A DNA stretch of 64,000 nucleotides from Octopus sinensis (lineage: Eukaryota). The DNA is taken from positions 3,111-67,110 of the forward strand of contig NW_021832411.1 in NCBI RefSeq assembly GCF_006345805.1, given 5' to 3'. The notes under the pieces are model-generated. The model saw only the letters and a list, made by a program, of their open reading frames with translations. It was not told the origin of the DNA and ran no database searches. The translations under genes were made by a program, and so were the position numbers. Of the stretch, positions 43,800 through 57,114 are shown piece after piece; position 1 is the stretch's first letter, and every line of letters begins with the position of its first letter.

Positions 43800-44340
43800 T
43801 AAGTCAAAGGAGTGCCTCACATTCGATGCTATGTTATATCTTTACAAGTCCACAATTTATCCTTGTATGGAATACTTTTGTTATATTTGGGCAGGTGCAC
43901 CATCTTATCGCTTGAATCTCCTTAGCTGGGTTCAGAAGCGAGTGTCTAATTTAATTGGTCCCTCTTTCGCTTCAACTCCACAACCCTTGCCACATCAACA
44001 TCACATAGCCAGTTTTAGTATTTCCCATCGTTATTACCACAGGAAATGCTCTGATGAACTTCCTCTCTTACTTCCAGATCACTTTGTGCTATTTCACCTG
44101 ACTTGAATCTCACAGCGACTTCATTCAAATGCTGTTGTGCTTCCACAAACAAGTCTTTCTACGTTCGCAGCATTTTTTCCCTCGAACTGCCAGGCTGTAC
44201 TTTTCTTCCATCTCATTGTTTGACTCCTTCTCATGACCTGAACTCTTTTAAGTCTAAAGTACATTCATTCCATTCGCCTTAATTTCTTCCTCTTCTTCTT
44301 CTTAGTGGTTTCTCGCCTTGTTTGGAACTTTCTAATTACA
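43800..44340 (+). mobile_element. CR1/L2-group LINE 3' fragment (second family)
   Basis: LYLYKSTIYPCMEYFCYIWAGAPSYRLNLLSWVQKRVSNLIGP..QPLPHQHHIASFSISHRYYHRKCSDEL, later SIFSRTARL..DLNSFKSKV. Confidence 0.75.
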
Positions 44341-45042
44341 AAGAAAAAAATGTAATCAGGGTCGCTTCGGGAATGTTTCTACGCTACTTTGGCTCACTGT
44401 TCTGCAGTGCAAATTTGCTCCATCTTGTAACACCTTGTGAGCTACATTACGGAAGAAGAATGAAGAACAAACAAACAGGATATTGGTTGAATATCCTACT
44501 GAATTAACCTATTCAGAAATTTAATGTCGAATGGTGACAATAATTAACAATTTTGGAACTCTTAACTATTACGTTTCGGTTGTAAAGCACTCTTCATGTT
44601 GGTTTGTAATAGGATGTCACTGAATAGCAATTTTGTTATTGATCAAATTCTTTCTCTCCAGACAAAATCCATGGAACATGAAATGACAGTCAGTTTCCTC
44701 ATTTTTGAAACCATTCTCCAAGAATTAAAAAACTTCTTGTTTTAATATCATCGACCAATTTAATTTCTCTCTCAAATAGTTTTTAAAAGTCAAAATAAAA
44801 TTCACGAAAGAAAATTATTTTTTCATTGAAATGACATTAGACAAGCTGTATATATCGACATCAAGATAGTCATCTCGTAACCTTAACAACTAAAGGGGGT
44901 GGGGATGATTAGTTATTCATTTATATATTTATTTATTTATCGTTATTCTTCTGTTACACTCTACTACTTTCTCAACAGCAAACAAGCGATCGAATACCTC
45001 CTGTTCCCTCTTTTGATGATAGCTTATCTGTTTATTTATTTG

Positions 45043-45081
<39 letters not shown>

Positions 45082-45841
45082 TATGATCCCATCACACATC
45101 ATTGTTTTATGCACCGCCTTTGTTTTTTTATTTATGTCCTTTATTTTTCGTTATTTTATTACCTTTTATTTCCACTTATCTTTTACCATCATCAATTTCC
45201 TTTACGTCCACCTCATCACTACCATCATCATCAACGACAACTTTATTACCACTTCTAACTGACTCATTTAGTCTTTCCGGATTCTGGGACAGCAGTCATG
45301 TTTATAATTATGTTTGTTATTACTATTGTTTTTTCTATCCTATATATATATAAGGTATGGGCGGTATGTATATGTGGGTGGGTGGTCGCTTTTCCTAATT
45401 CTGCTTCGATTATTTACTTCATTTGCTTGTTTTTTTATTTCCGCTTGTTTTCATCAGTATTTTGTCCATGGCGTTTTCTAGTAATTATTCATGTGTGTGT
45501 AGTCAACCGTGACTGAATGGCGACAGCTCAGTCAATATAACAGACGTGACGTGAAAGCCGAGGTTAAACTGATCTCGGGGACTTCAGAAAGCTTCATGTT
45601 ACATTTGTTAATACTTTCAGCATATACACGGTGCCTTATAATAATGGGACGCCATTTTAATTGATCTGTATTAGGTACTTCTCTGTATAACTTTACATCA
45701 AGTTTAGCGTTGTTCTTGTTGGTGGTGGTGGTCATCGTGGTCGTTGAGGTAGTCGTAGTGTTTAACATCTGAGACAATCCCGATTAAGTAAATCTTTAAT
45801 CAAATCTGTGATGGCCATACCATTTTCTTGAGGCATATAGA

Positions 45842-45872
<31 letters not shown>

Positions 45873-45899
45873 TTGTCAGTCATTAATCAAATGCCCTGA

Positions 45900-46310
<411 letters not shown>

Positions 46311-46723
46311 ACTGAATTTCGTTCCAGGTTGGGCTGTTCACGACTGTACGCTGGGTAAATTTTTATAAGGATTAGGCGAATGTTAGATGTATCTGTGTGG
46401 GATGTGAATGATGAATATCTTTGAACATTAGTTTACATGTGTAAGGCTTGAATAAGAAATTATTTGTTAAGATGTGTGTATGTGTGTTAGAGTGGCGGAC
46501 ACTCTTGTTTTATTGTATAGGAATACAATCGGACTTAATTGAAATTGCATATATATAATGATATCAACACAGTTGTTATCTCCTGTCATTATAAATATTA
46601 TAGATTAGAAATTCCTTTCGTAAACGATCCCGTTGTTTCACCTCTCATAATAGGGAGCCTTATGTCAAAAATGCTGCCATTTCAAACTGGCAGCTGGGTT
46701 TCAATCTCACACACTCCTACCTT

Positions 46724-46760
<37 letters not shown>

Positions 46761-47788
46761 GTGTTATTGTATCTCAAGGCTTGTCAACTTTTACACTTTT
46801 ATCTCTATACATACAGCATGATAACATACGACAGCGCGTGCACGAAAGATGGAGAGAGGGAGATACAGAAAGGCATTGAGAGAGAGAAGGGAGATAATGA
46901 ATTGCTCAGCAAATCTACAATGACAGTATTTTACTTTTGTTGGCGGCCATTTTGAAACTTTATCTTACCGTTTTCGTTGCATTACACCGCTTGTTAGAAA
47001 TAATTTTACTTTATATATTTGGTTTTAGATTTTTGTTTTTGTTTCTATGACAACAAAGGCACGTGAGATTATTAGTTTGGGGTTGCAACAAAAAAGAGGA
47101 AAATCTAAATGCTATTATTTACGCAAATGAAGGTGGCAAGCTAGCAAAATCATTTGAGTGCCGGACTAAATGCCTACCGGTATTTCTTTGACTCATTACG
47201 TTGAGATCAACACCCTTCTGGGGTCGATAAAATAAATTACTAGTCAACGAGATGGATGAACAAATTGGATCAGCGAGGGAGTCATTGATTAAAGGAACAA
47301 TTTGGGCCAACAACAATATCTGACCAATGAGGTTGAGAGGTTAGCGAGGGGTCTCTATGTGGTCGTTCAACTTGTAAGAAATACTAGCTCAATTTCCTTC
47401 AACACACATCCCATCGTTTCAGAAAATAAAGACACTTTGAATCATGTAGTTTTAGATGTGTTGGGCATAGTGAAAAAACGCGATGGCCACAGCTAGAATG
47501 CCTTTCATTATATGTTTGCACAATTATAGCTCACCCGGGACTAAACAACAACCAAATGTTGGTCAAGTTTTTGAAAAGTGCCTTCGCGTTGCATTATACT
47601 TCTTGTAACAGCCACCGACATCGGTCTCCACTTTACAGACCCACTAGGGCCCACTACAGAAGTAATGTGAAACTTGGAAACACGTGTCAGTAATGACAGG
47701 CCGTAGGTTTCGGTGTGAAACTCGATGGACTTTGAAAAATATTTTTCTTGCTAGTCTCCAAGCATTTTGAACCTAATTGATTGGTTAA

Positions 47789-47831
<43 letters not shown>

Positions 47832-48159
47832 ACTACAAAATTAGAGAATGGAGAAACATACTTAAATCAATAAAACATCAACTATCCGATGATACCCAAT
47901 CAATACTTTAATACACCATTACATATGAGTAAAGGCATTATATAAAATGAGATATACAGTAATAGTAAAAAGATAAAGAGATATAAGTAAAAAATTTTTC
48001 AAATAAATATGCAATTAAATCAAAACTGACAGCTGTTTCGGCATGAGGGCGGATATATATTATCCCATGGTGGGTTGAATTTTCAACCCCTATCTCATTT
48101 TATATATATGTATATATATATATGTATATAATATATGTATATGTATATTATATATATGT

Positions 48160-48238
<79 letters not shown>

Positions 48239-49181
48239 TGCATGCATGCGTGTATGTATGTTTGTATGTATGTATGTATGTATGTATTATATTCAGTCAT
48301 CCTTTTAGGTGAGAAAATTCGGCGTTTCAACACTTCCACTTTGAACATATTACCGTATAGTGTTTATGTGTTAATAATAATTTCTAGGTGTTTGATGTGA
48401 GTCATTGCGTCAGTATGTACACTCGTTTGCGTAATACACATTATTACATCAACCAATCGCTGAATTTTTGAAACAGCTGTAAAGACCTATCAATACTATA
48501 TTTTTTCTTTGTCAGATACCCTTGTTTACGTTTATGTAACAGCTTTTATAAATGATATAACGCCATATGTAAGTGCTTGTCCATATTTTGTCTCTATAGA
48601 CAGATAGATAGATAGAGAGAGAGAGAGAGATCTAACAGTTTCAACATGATATAGAAAAATGTTCACCCAGCAAGATTTTTAATGAATCGATTGTTTTTAG
48701 TTCTTGGTTTGTTTGTGTTTTTTAAGTTTTCTTGTGCATAGATTTTGTCTGTTATTTATTTATTTTTTTATCGTCGTCTCTTTCTTTTTTGTAAATTAAA
48801 TATTAGATTTTTAATAATCAACAAACTTTGCTTGACAAACACCTTGACTGAGAGTGAAACTAGTTTGTTTGTTTTTCTTTTTGTCTGTTTTTTTTTTATT
48901 TTGATATCTCTACCTGATAACCTGTAACCATCAACAATAATAATAATAATAATAATAAAAATGTGCAAACAATAGAGAAAATGAAATACTTGTGTGAAAA
49001 GGCTGGGCGTCATTCCGTAACTAATTGTAATCTAATAGTACCTCTAGATGTCGGTAGTGTTTATTGGAGGGCGTGGCCAGCAATGATCATTTCAGAAGAC
49101 CTCCACATCAAAGACAAGTCCTACTGAAGAGACTTGTTACGTCGGTATGTGTCATTTGAAGCCACACACACACACACATCT

Positions 49182-49264
<83 letters not shown>

Positions 49265-50125
49265 CCTCCCTCTTTCTCATCTTCCTTCACTTTTGTCTCT
49301 CGTCTTTTACCTCCTGTCCTATTCTGTTTTTTTTTCTTTTCTTTCCCTCTTCCTCCTCCTTCCTTCTGTTTTCTTCTTTTCCTTCTTTTTTCTTTCTACT
49401 TTTATTCTTCTTTCATTCCTCTTTTCTTTTTTTTGTCTCATTGTCCTCTTTTCCTTCTACTTCGTCGTCTTTTTCTCTTCTTCCTTCATCATCATTATCG
49501 TTATCTTCTCTTTCTGCTTTTCTTCTTTTCTTCGTTATCGTTGTTGCCTTCTTCTTCATCGTCGTCTTCTCTTTCTTCTCTTTCATTTTCGTTATCGTTG
49601 TCTTCCTTTTCTGCCATTTTCTTTCAGTATATTTATTCACATTCATCTTTGTTCTTTCTTTCCTTAAAAGTCATATTGTTTTTCCTTCTCATTTTTTGTC
49701 AAAGATTTTTCTCTCTATTTTTTAACTTTTTCTTATTTCACACAATATTTCAAAAAAAAGAAAAAAGAAAAACTCGCGTTGACCTTTTTCTTCTTTGATT
49801 GTTAAAATGTACACTTTTCAACAGAAATAATAATAATTTTTTAGATATGACAAGATGAAATATTTTATATGGGTGGATATATTAAAATTAATCGACCCTT
49901 GCATTTGATTGACACCTGTGTTACCCACCCAGTATTAATTAAAAAGGAAGAAAAGAGAAAAAGAAAAATCACCCCGTGAGACTTAGCCTCAGAATATAAA
50001 CCAGTGCTTTCCAACTAGTATGCCCCTTAAGCAGAAAGGTCTCAAATAATTGTTTCTAGTCAAAATAATTTCTTTTATTTACATGTGTAGATTAAAATCA
50101 ACACATACATACATACATACATACA

Positions 50126-50157
<32 letters not shown>

Positions 50158-50167
50158 GATAGATAGA

Positions 50168-50562
50168 TGCAGAGTGGCTGTGTGGTAAGTAGCTTGCTTA
50201 CCAACCACATGGTCCCGGGTTCAGTTCCACTGCGTGGCACCTTGGGCAAGTGTCTTCTACTATAGCCTCGGGCCGACCAAAGCCTTGTGAGTGGATTTGG
50301 TAGACGGAAACTGAAAGAAGCCTGTCGTATATATATATGTGTGTGTGTGTCTGTGTGTGTTTGTGTGTCTGTGTTTGTCTCCTCACCATCACTTGACAAT
50401 CGATGCTGATGCGTTTACGTCCCCGTAACTTAGCGGTTCGGAAAAGACACCGATAGAATTAGTACTAGGCTTACAAAGAATAAGTCCTGGGGTCGAGTTG
50501 CTTGACTAAAGCTGGTGCTCCAGCATGGCCGCAGTCAAATGACTGAAACAATTAAAAGAGTA
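50168..50562 (+). mobile_element. SINE family A, full length, young
   Basis: A box GTGGCTGTGTGG, B box GGTTCAGTTCC, CORE-like CCTTGGGCAAGTGTCTT, tail GAAACAATTAAAAGAG. Confidence 0.92.
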
Positions 50563-50594
<32 letters not shown>

Positions 50595-51003
50595 CACGCA
50601 CACACATGTGTGTGTGTAACGTGTTTATGTATGCGTGTGTATGTATTTTAGTATGTGGTGGGGAAATATGAATGTATATGATACATTTGACGGCTTGTAA
50701 GGGGCAGGGGCTTTTAAGAGGCACTTCAGTTTTGGAAGTCCCTTCCTTAAAGCCCCACTTGCCATCAACGTAAGCCCTGATATTGTGTTATATTAGTTGC
50801 AGAATGATTTTTCTGGGACATAGTTTAAGAAAACAAAAATAGTCCACCTTATAACCGTCAAATACATCATGTGTGTACATGTATGTATATGTTTGTGTGT
50901 GTATATATGTATATACGTATATTCGTGCTACTTTTAGTTAATTTACTAGTGACATAACAGTATCGAATTACATAAGGTATGTGTGTGTATGTGTATATAT
51001 ATA

Positions 51004-51040
<37 letters not shown>

Positions 51041-51597
51041 GAAGAGGTAAAGAAAGAAACCAATACGTGTCTACTCGACCAACGTTTGAAATACATTCAA
51101 AGTTGAAAGCTGAATGGCGGAAAACTGGAGCCATTATATATCAATAGCCCGTCATTTTAACTACAGGAAGCATATTGTTGACGGTGTGATGATGGCTGCA
51201 AGACTGATTCGAGGGTATTTAAGACGTATTGAATGTAATTATATCACAAATAATAATGATGATGATAATAAAATAATGATAATCTGGCGAGGTGACACTT
51301 AGTACAACGTTGAATTATCGTTCTGTTAGTTTTGGGTTTTTTTATTTTTTCTCTTGGTTCTTCTTGTTGTATTCTTTCGGTTGTTCAGAATTTAATATCT
51401 GTTATCTGATATCTCCTAAGTTTGACTTGTTGACCTGAGGAAACTTTGAAGAGAGTAGGTTACGGCGTTTTGATGGAGCATACCTCGGAGCAAAGGTTGT
51501 CTGCAGATGATCAGACCAACAATTTACTCTTCATAGACTCCTACATTGTCTCTCCCCCCACCCCTGCCAGCCATCACTGAAACCATGGATGGCTTCT

Positions 51598-51960
51598 CTC
51601 AATCTTTCGTTTCAGACATTGGACAGCGGCCATTTTGAAAAGTTAAGTCGAACAAATCGACCCAATTATTCTTTTTATGACCGGTGGTACTTAATATATC
51701 GGTCCTTTTTTGCCGATCCCCTAAGTTACACGACATAAGCAAACCAACACCGGTTGGTTTGCGATGCGGGGACACAAACACGTAGACATTTATCACATAT
51801 ATAAATGACCGGCTTCCACTCAGTTTCCGTCTACCAAATTTATTCATAAGGCATTGGTTGCCCTGGAACTATAGTAAGAGACACTTGCCTAAGATGCCGC
51901 GCAGTGGAACTGAACCCAAACTATGTGGTTACTAAGCGAGCTCCTTAACCACACAGCCAA
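51598..51960 (-). mobile_element. SINE family A, diverged
   Basis: CAGTTTCCGTCTACCAAAT..CACTTGCCTAAGATGCCGCGCAGTGGAACTGAACCC..AACCACACAGCCA. Confidence 0.8.
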
Positions 51961-53201
51961 TGATTTTTTTTTCTTCTTGCTCGTTCAACTACTGCGATCG
52001 ATTATTTCATTATTCCTCGACACAACAAAATTCCCGGCTTTGGGCATTTTTTAGGAAAAGATTGGATTGGCAGAGTCGTTAGAGAATCGAACAAACTACT
52101 TTGCGGTGTTTATTTCGGTTCTTTACATTCCGAGTTCAAATCCTGCAGTAGTAGACATTGCTTTCAACTCCCAGAATGAGATGATATGGCAAGGCTGACT
52201 GAGCATTCGGTCTGTTTTGGTGTCAGCGCGTTTTGACACCGGAGGCAAATACGCGGGCGCGCGCAAAAATATAAAGAAGCAGACAGAAATAGTAATAGAA
52301 ATGTGAGCGCGCGCGGCATGTTTGTGTGATGTATCCATCGGGGGACGGATAAGAAATTCGCTTCACGATCATGATGTCCTGGGTTCGATCCTACTCTACG
52401 GCATTTTGTGCAAATATTTTTACCATAGCTTATCCTTGGGTCGGACCAAACCTCGTAAATGAAATTGGGAAAGACAAAAACTACATTATAAGTCCCAAGT
52501 CAGTTGAGAGATGATACGAACCCTCTGTCTACTTCTTCGGTCGTCTCTGACTCACTGTTGGAATATCATAATCCTTAATTTAACAAAATAACACTTGTGA
52601 CCCTTGGCCCCTTTTTCATCCCCCAAACAATATTACACGAGCATTCAATTCAACTTATTAATCCATATTTACAAAGTAGACCACACATATATATATATAT
52701 ATATATATTTTGTGTGTGTGTGTACATATAATCTGTGATGAGCTTTACGGCTGCCGTCTTTTGTTATTCTGTCTAGCTTCATATTAAAGGGTTTTGTCTA
52801 ATGGAGATCGGAGAACAAAGAAAGGGGCTGGATTTCAAATTAGAATTAAAGGGATCAGTAGAGGTGATTTCGACTTTTTAAAGTAATGTAGATGGAAAGG
52901 AGAACAAAACGAGGAGAGATGTTGGCGGATTTAAATAAACGGAGAGGGTGAGCGCGATAGACAAAAAATGTATTTATATTCAAATAGAGATGAGTGTTAT
53001 AGAAAGTGATGGGGTTGAGTGACATGGAGATTATGTGTGTGTGTGTGTTGTTTGTTTCTTTTGACCCATAGACAACAGGTAAACTTATAGCTAGAGTCAA
53101 GTCTCGTCTTTAACACTGTTTCAATTCCAGATTATACTCTACTGCATTTCAAGTGCATCACTGCGTTCTCCTTGTAAAAAGAATTTTATTTCGTCCCAAT
53201 T

Positions 53202-53241
<40 letters not shown>

Positions 53242-53402
53242 GTGACGTATTTTTGCCATTTCAATATGGCTAACCCTAAGGGTGGATGCTACTGTAGTTT
53301 TTAGCCCCAGGAGGACACACTCCTCCAGCTGGCCATAGACACTATCTGTGTCCTGTCAGTATTTGCAAAGGGAAGTCATCCTTCCGTCTTCAACTTATGA
53401 TA

Positions 53403-53446
53403 CACACGGACTCGAGTTTCGAGGTATTGACCTCTCGTCAGCGTGT
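53403..53446 (-). ncRNA. type I hammerhead ribozyme, copy 1 (1-nt deletion in helix I)
   Basis: Reverse complement: acacg-CTGACGA-GAGGT-caat-ACCTC-GAAA-CTCGAG-TC-cgtgtg. Confidence 0.85.
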
Positions 53447-53750
53447 ACAATCATAGTTGTCGCCGAGAATTAGATTTTCTTCACAAATACTTATACTTTT
53501 TCCAGCGTCCACTGTCGCTGATATTGAAAAGTGAAATCAAACAATGATAATATCAAGTGAGTATATACAGTAGCGGTAACACATCGTGACGTATTTTTGC
53601 CATTTCAATATGGCTAACCACTAAGGGTGGATGCTACTGTAGTTTTTAGCCCCAGGAGGACACACTCCTCCAGCTGGCCATAGACACACTATCTGTGTCC
53701 TGTCAGTATTTGCAAAGGGAAGTCATCCTTCCCGTCTTCAACTTATGATA

Positions 53751-53795
53751 CACACGGACTCGAGTTTCGAGGTATTGACCTCTCGTCAGCGTGTG
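53751..53795 (-). ncRNA. type I hammerhead ribozyme, copy 2 (intact)
   Basis: Reverse complement: cacacg-CTGACGA-GAGGT-caat-ACCTC-GAAA-CTCGAG-TC-cgtgtg. Confidence 0.92.
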
Positions 53796-54122
53796 ACAAT
53801 CATAGTTGTCGCCGAGAATTAGATTTCCTTCACAAATACTTATACTTTTTCCAGCGTCACTGTCGCTGATATTGAAAAAGTGAAATCAAACAATGATAAA
53901 TATCAAAGTGAGTTATATACAGTAGCGTAAACACATCGTGACGTATTTTTGCCATTTCAATATGGCTAACCCCTAAGGTGGATGACTGTAGTTTTTAGCC
54001 CCAGGAGGACACACTCCTCCAGCTGGCCATAGACACACTATCTGTGTCCTGTCAGTATTTGGACGCTGGAAAAAGTATAAGTATTTGTGAAGGAAATCTA
54101 ATTCTCGGCGACAACTGATTGT

Positions 54123-54166
54123 CACACGTGACGAGAGGTCAATACCTCGAAACTCGAGTCCGTGTG
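54123..54166 (+). ncRNA. type I hammerhead ribozyme, copy 3 (core C3 missing; mutation or sequencing indel)
   Basis: cacacg-TGACGA-GAGGT-caat-ACCTC-GAAA-CTCGAG-TC-cgtgtg. Confidence 0.75.
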
Positions 54167-54470
54167 TATCGTAAGTTGAAGACGGGAAGGATGACTTCCC
54201 TTGCAAATACTGACAGGACACAGATAGTGTGTCTATGGCCAGTGGAGGAGTGTGTCCTCCTGGGGCTAAAAACTACAGTAGCATCCCCCTTAGGGGTTAG
54301 CCATATTGAAATGGCAAATACGTCACGATGTGTTACGCTACTGTATATAACTCACTTTGATATTTATCATTGTTTGATTTCACTTTTTCAATATCAGCGA
54401 CAGTGGACGCTGGAAAAAGTATAAGATTTGTGAAGGAAGAAATCTAATTCTCGGCGACAACTATGATTGT

Positions 54471-54515
54471 CACACGCTGACGAGAGGTCAATACCTCGAA
54501 ACTCGAGTCCGTGTG
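54471..54515 (+). ncRNA. type I hammerhead ribozyme, copy 4 (intact)
   Basis: Helix I CACACG 54471-76 / CGTGTG 54510-15; CTGACGA 54477-83; helix II GAGGT/ACCTC with CAAT loop; GAAA 54498-501; helix III ACTCGAGT; predicted cleavage after C54509. Confidence 0.92.
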
Positions 54516-54745
54516 TATCATAAGTTGAAGACGGGAAGGATGACTTCCCTTTGCAAATACTGACAGGACACAGATAGTGTGTCTATGGCCAGCTGGAGGA
54601 GTGTGTCCTCCTGGGGCTAAAAACTACAGTAGCAATCCACCCTTAGTGGTTAGCCATATTGAAATGGCAAAATACGTCACGATGTGTTACCGCTACTGTA
54701 TATAACTCACTTTGATATTTATCATTATATTATATATGTATATAT

Positions 54746-54788
<43 letters not shown>

Positions 54789-54959
54789 TGTTGTATTTCG
54801 GGATGGTCAATTTTATTTATTTCTTTTGCCAAATAAACACACGCTCTATATATTTTTATTCACTCGTTTATTACTGTTATTTTAACTCATGCCGGCAATG
54901 TGGCTAGCCAATTTATGGTTTGGTGGGATAGGAGACTCAAAGAGAAATTAGCAGAGAAC

Positions 54960-55490
54960 TCCAAAAACCTAACCATGTACTCTTTACTGCGTGGATATTA
55001 TCAACATAGTAGCCAGAGCACCCCTATAAGACAATGCTGATAATCTGGAAACATCTGCGACCCTATGGAAATTGGAAATACACATACAACACTTCATCCA
55101 CCACATGCAGTTCTCTGGCTACAACCAAAGGGACAGGATTAGAGTGTACAAAGGAGCCAGGACTAAGTACAAAGCCGTCATAGAGATTGATGCTAAGGAG
55201 ATCTGCACGCTGTACAGGAGTAAATCCTGGAACAGCTCGGAAAGGACCAGTAATAAGATAAATAAGGCCAACTCTTGGTAAGACAACAAAAAGTACCAGA
55301 GTGTCATGTTCGTTGATGCCACCCCTGACGGCGAACTAGCATACCTTTTTAGGAAAACGTTAAGGCTAATCTACGAATTAAAGTAGTAGAGAGGCCTGAT
55401 GTCCCTTTGAAATCCCTGATGAGAAGAGAGAGTGGGAAAATCCGTAAATAATACACAGAAACTTACAGGAAAATACACACGGAATAGACC
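54960..55490 (+). pseudogene. Penelope-like element ORF remnant (post-RT thumb/linker region)
   Basis: HIQHFIHHMQFSGYNQRDRIRVY..CTLYRSKSWNSSER..KANSW*DNKKYQSVMFVDATPDGEL..IKVVERPDVPLKSLM resembles the M..SGY..LYR...W...R..W....V.FV..TP..VVER...LK..L pattern I associate with PLE proteins; stops and frameshifts present. Confidence 0.6.
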
Positions 55491-55739
55491 TGTATGCACT
55501 TACCTGTGGTACTCACGAGATATAGAGATAGATGTATAAAAGAAGTAAATAAATAGATAAATAAATAAAGAAAGAAATAGATTTTAAAATTTTATAAATA
55601 TATCTGTCACATACCTGCGATAAATGTAAGACAGGTAGATAAAATAAATAAATAAATCTATATAAAGGGCAAGGATACATACAAAGCGCGAACCCATACA
55701 CATACACACACGCACATAAAACTTCAACTAACACGGTCA

Positions 55740-56185
55740 GCGGCAAGTGTCTTCTTGGGCAAGTGCCTTCTACTATAGCCTCGGGCCGACCAAAGCCTTG
55801 TGAGTGGATTTGGTAGACAGAAACTGAAAGAAGCCTATTGTATATGTTTCTTTATTACCCACAAGGGGCTAAACATAGAGGGGACAAACAAGGACAGACA
55901 AACGGATTAAGACGATTACATCGACCCCAGTGCTTAACTGGTACTTAATTTATCGACCTCGAAAGGATGAAAGGCAAAGTCGGTCTGTGTTTGTCCCTCC
56001 ACCATCGCTTGACAACCGATTTTGATGTGTTTACGTCCCTGTAACTTAGCGGTTCGGCAAAAGACACCAATAGAATAAGTAGTAGACTCACAGTGTATAA
56101 CTCTTGGGGGTGATTTGCTCGACTAAAGGCGGTGCTCCAGAATGACCGCAGTCAAATGACTGAAACAAATAAAAGCATAAAAGAC
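55740..56185 (+). mobile_element. SINE family A interrupted by an antisense family B fragment (~55846-55983)
   Basis: Family A 5' part ends at its (TA) spacer, reverse-complement family B tail follows, and family A resumes at GTCTGTGTTTGTCCCTCC. Confidence 0.85.
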
Positions 56186-57114
56186 TATATATATTGCACG
56201 TTTGTTCTCTTCACCATTCGTTCTGACTTTCCATTGGCTCTTTCTGGTTTTCAATCCTACAGGACATTATATTTATCTTTGTTTTACCCATACATGTCCG
56301 TTTTGCGTCTGCACGGAGTTTTTTCGTCGCATATATATAATTATTTTATTATGTCGCGTATTTTTGTCGTTGTCTTGTACGTTCGTTAGCTATTTTCAAT
56401 TACTTCTTGCCATTGGCGCCGCCAAAATTGAATAATATCATCGTTAAAGGCGCGAAATTGTTATGATCTTTTGGATGATGGCTGTTGAGGAATTAGCTCT
56501 GAATTTTCCGTTTGTTGTGTTTTAGTTGATTTTTTGGAACATTATTTAAAGTAACGCCACGCACTTCAATGCTCGAAATGAGGAGTAGGTAGATAGCCAA
56601 CAACTGATGTAGGGTCGTTTATATTGAACTAATTTGATTCGCATTTCATGTTGTTTACAGCTGGTGACGTCCTGTACCCATATATGCATCTGTATGTATG
56701 TATGTGTATATATATATATATATAATATAGATATATATATATATATATATATTTATATTATGGTGTGTGTTATGTATGTATGTTTGTTTGTTTCAGCGTT
56801 CTAATTGTCAAGCGTCTTGATTTAATATCATCTGTTGAAACTGAAGTAATTACAGCGTGGAAGGACTATTTTAGGCCTTTGAAAAAAAATTCAGTTTTTA
56901 TTCATTCCATGATGTGTCAAAATTTTCGTCCACTTCTGCGATCCTGTATGATCACTAACACAGTCCTGTTCCGCGGGAAAGATGTGGAACAGTATCATGC
57001 GATAGGGTAATTTAGTGTGACGAAATAAATTCAAGAAATAAATAAAAGCGAATTTAACTATTTAACTGTGTTATACGGCTAAACTTACTCTTCTTTGATG
57101 TATATACGGGTGTG

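Larger units (their letters stand above)
53240..54725. mobile_element. putative non-LTR retrozyme: tandem ~350-nt hammerhead-containing units in two divergent arms
   Basis: Unit starts CGTGACGTATTTTTGCC at 53241, 53585 and 53937 (~2.3 units); inversion junction at ~54060; ~1.9 reverse-complement units to 54725; one hammerhead per complete unit; flanked by (TA)n on both sides. Confidence 0.85.

Noticed and set aside
44560-44605. Minimal hammerhead on the minus strand (ATGAAGA..CCGAAACGTA); similar relic at ~10385
   Set aside because: The core is mutated and the helices are weak, so it is not distinguishable from chance.
49134-49798. Hydrophobic or charged ORFs resembling membrane proteins
   Set aside because: Polypyrimidine low-complexity tract, open in several frames.
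53240-54725. CRISPR array or ordinary satellite; ORFs 53973-54221 and 54119-54424
   Set aside because: There are no unique spacers, and the ORFs are not preserved between units; the ribozyme-bearing non-coding unit explains the repeat.
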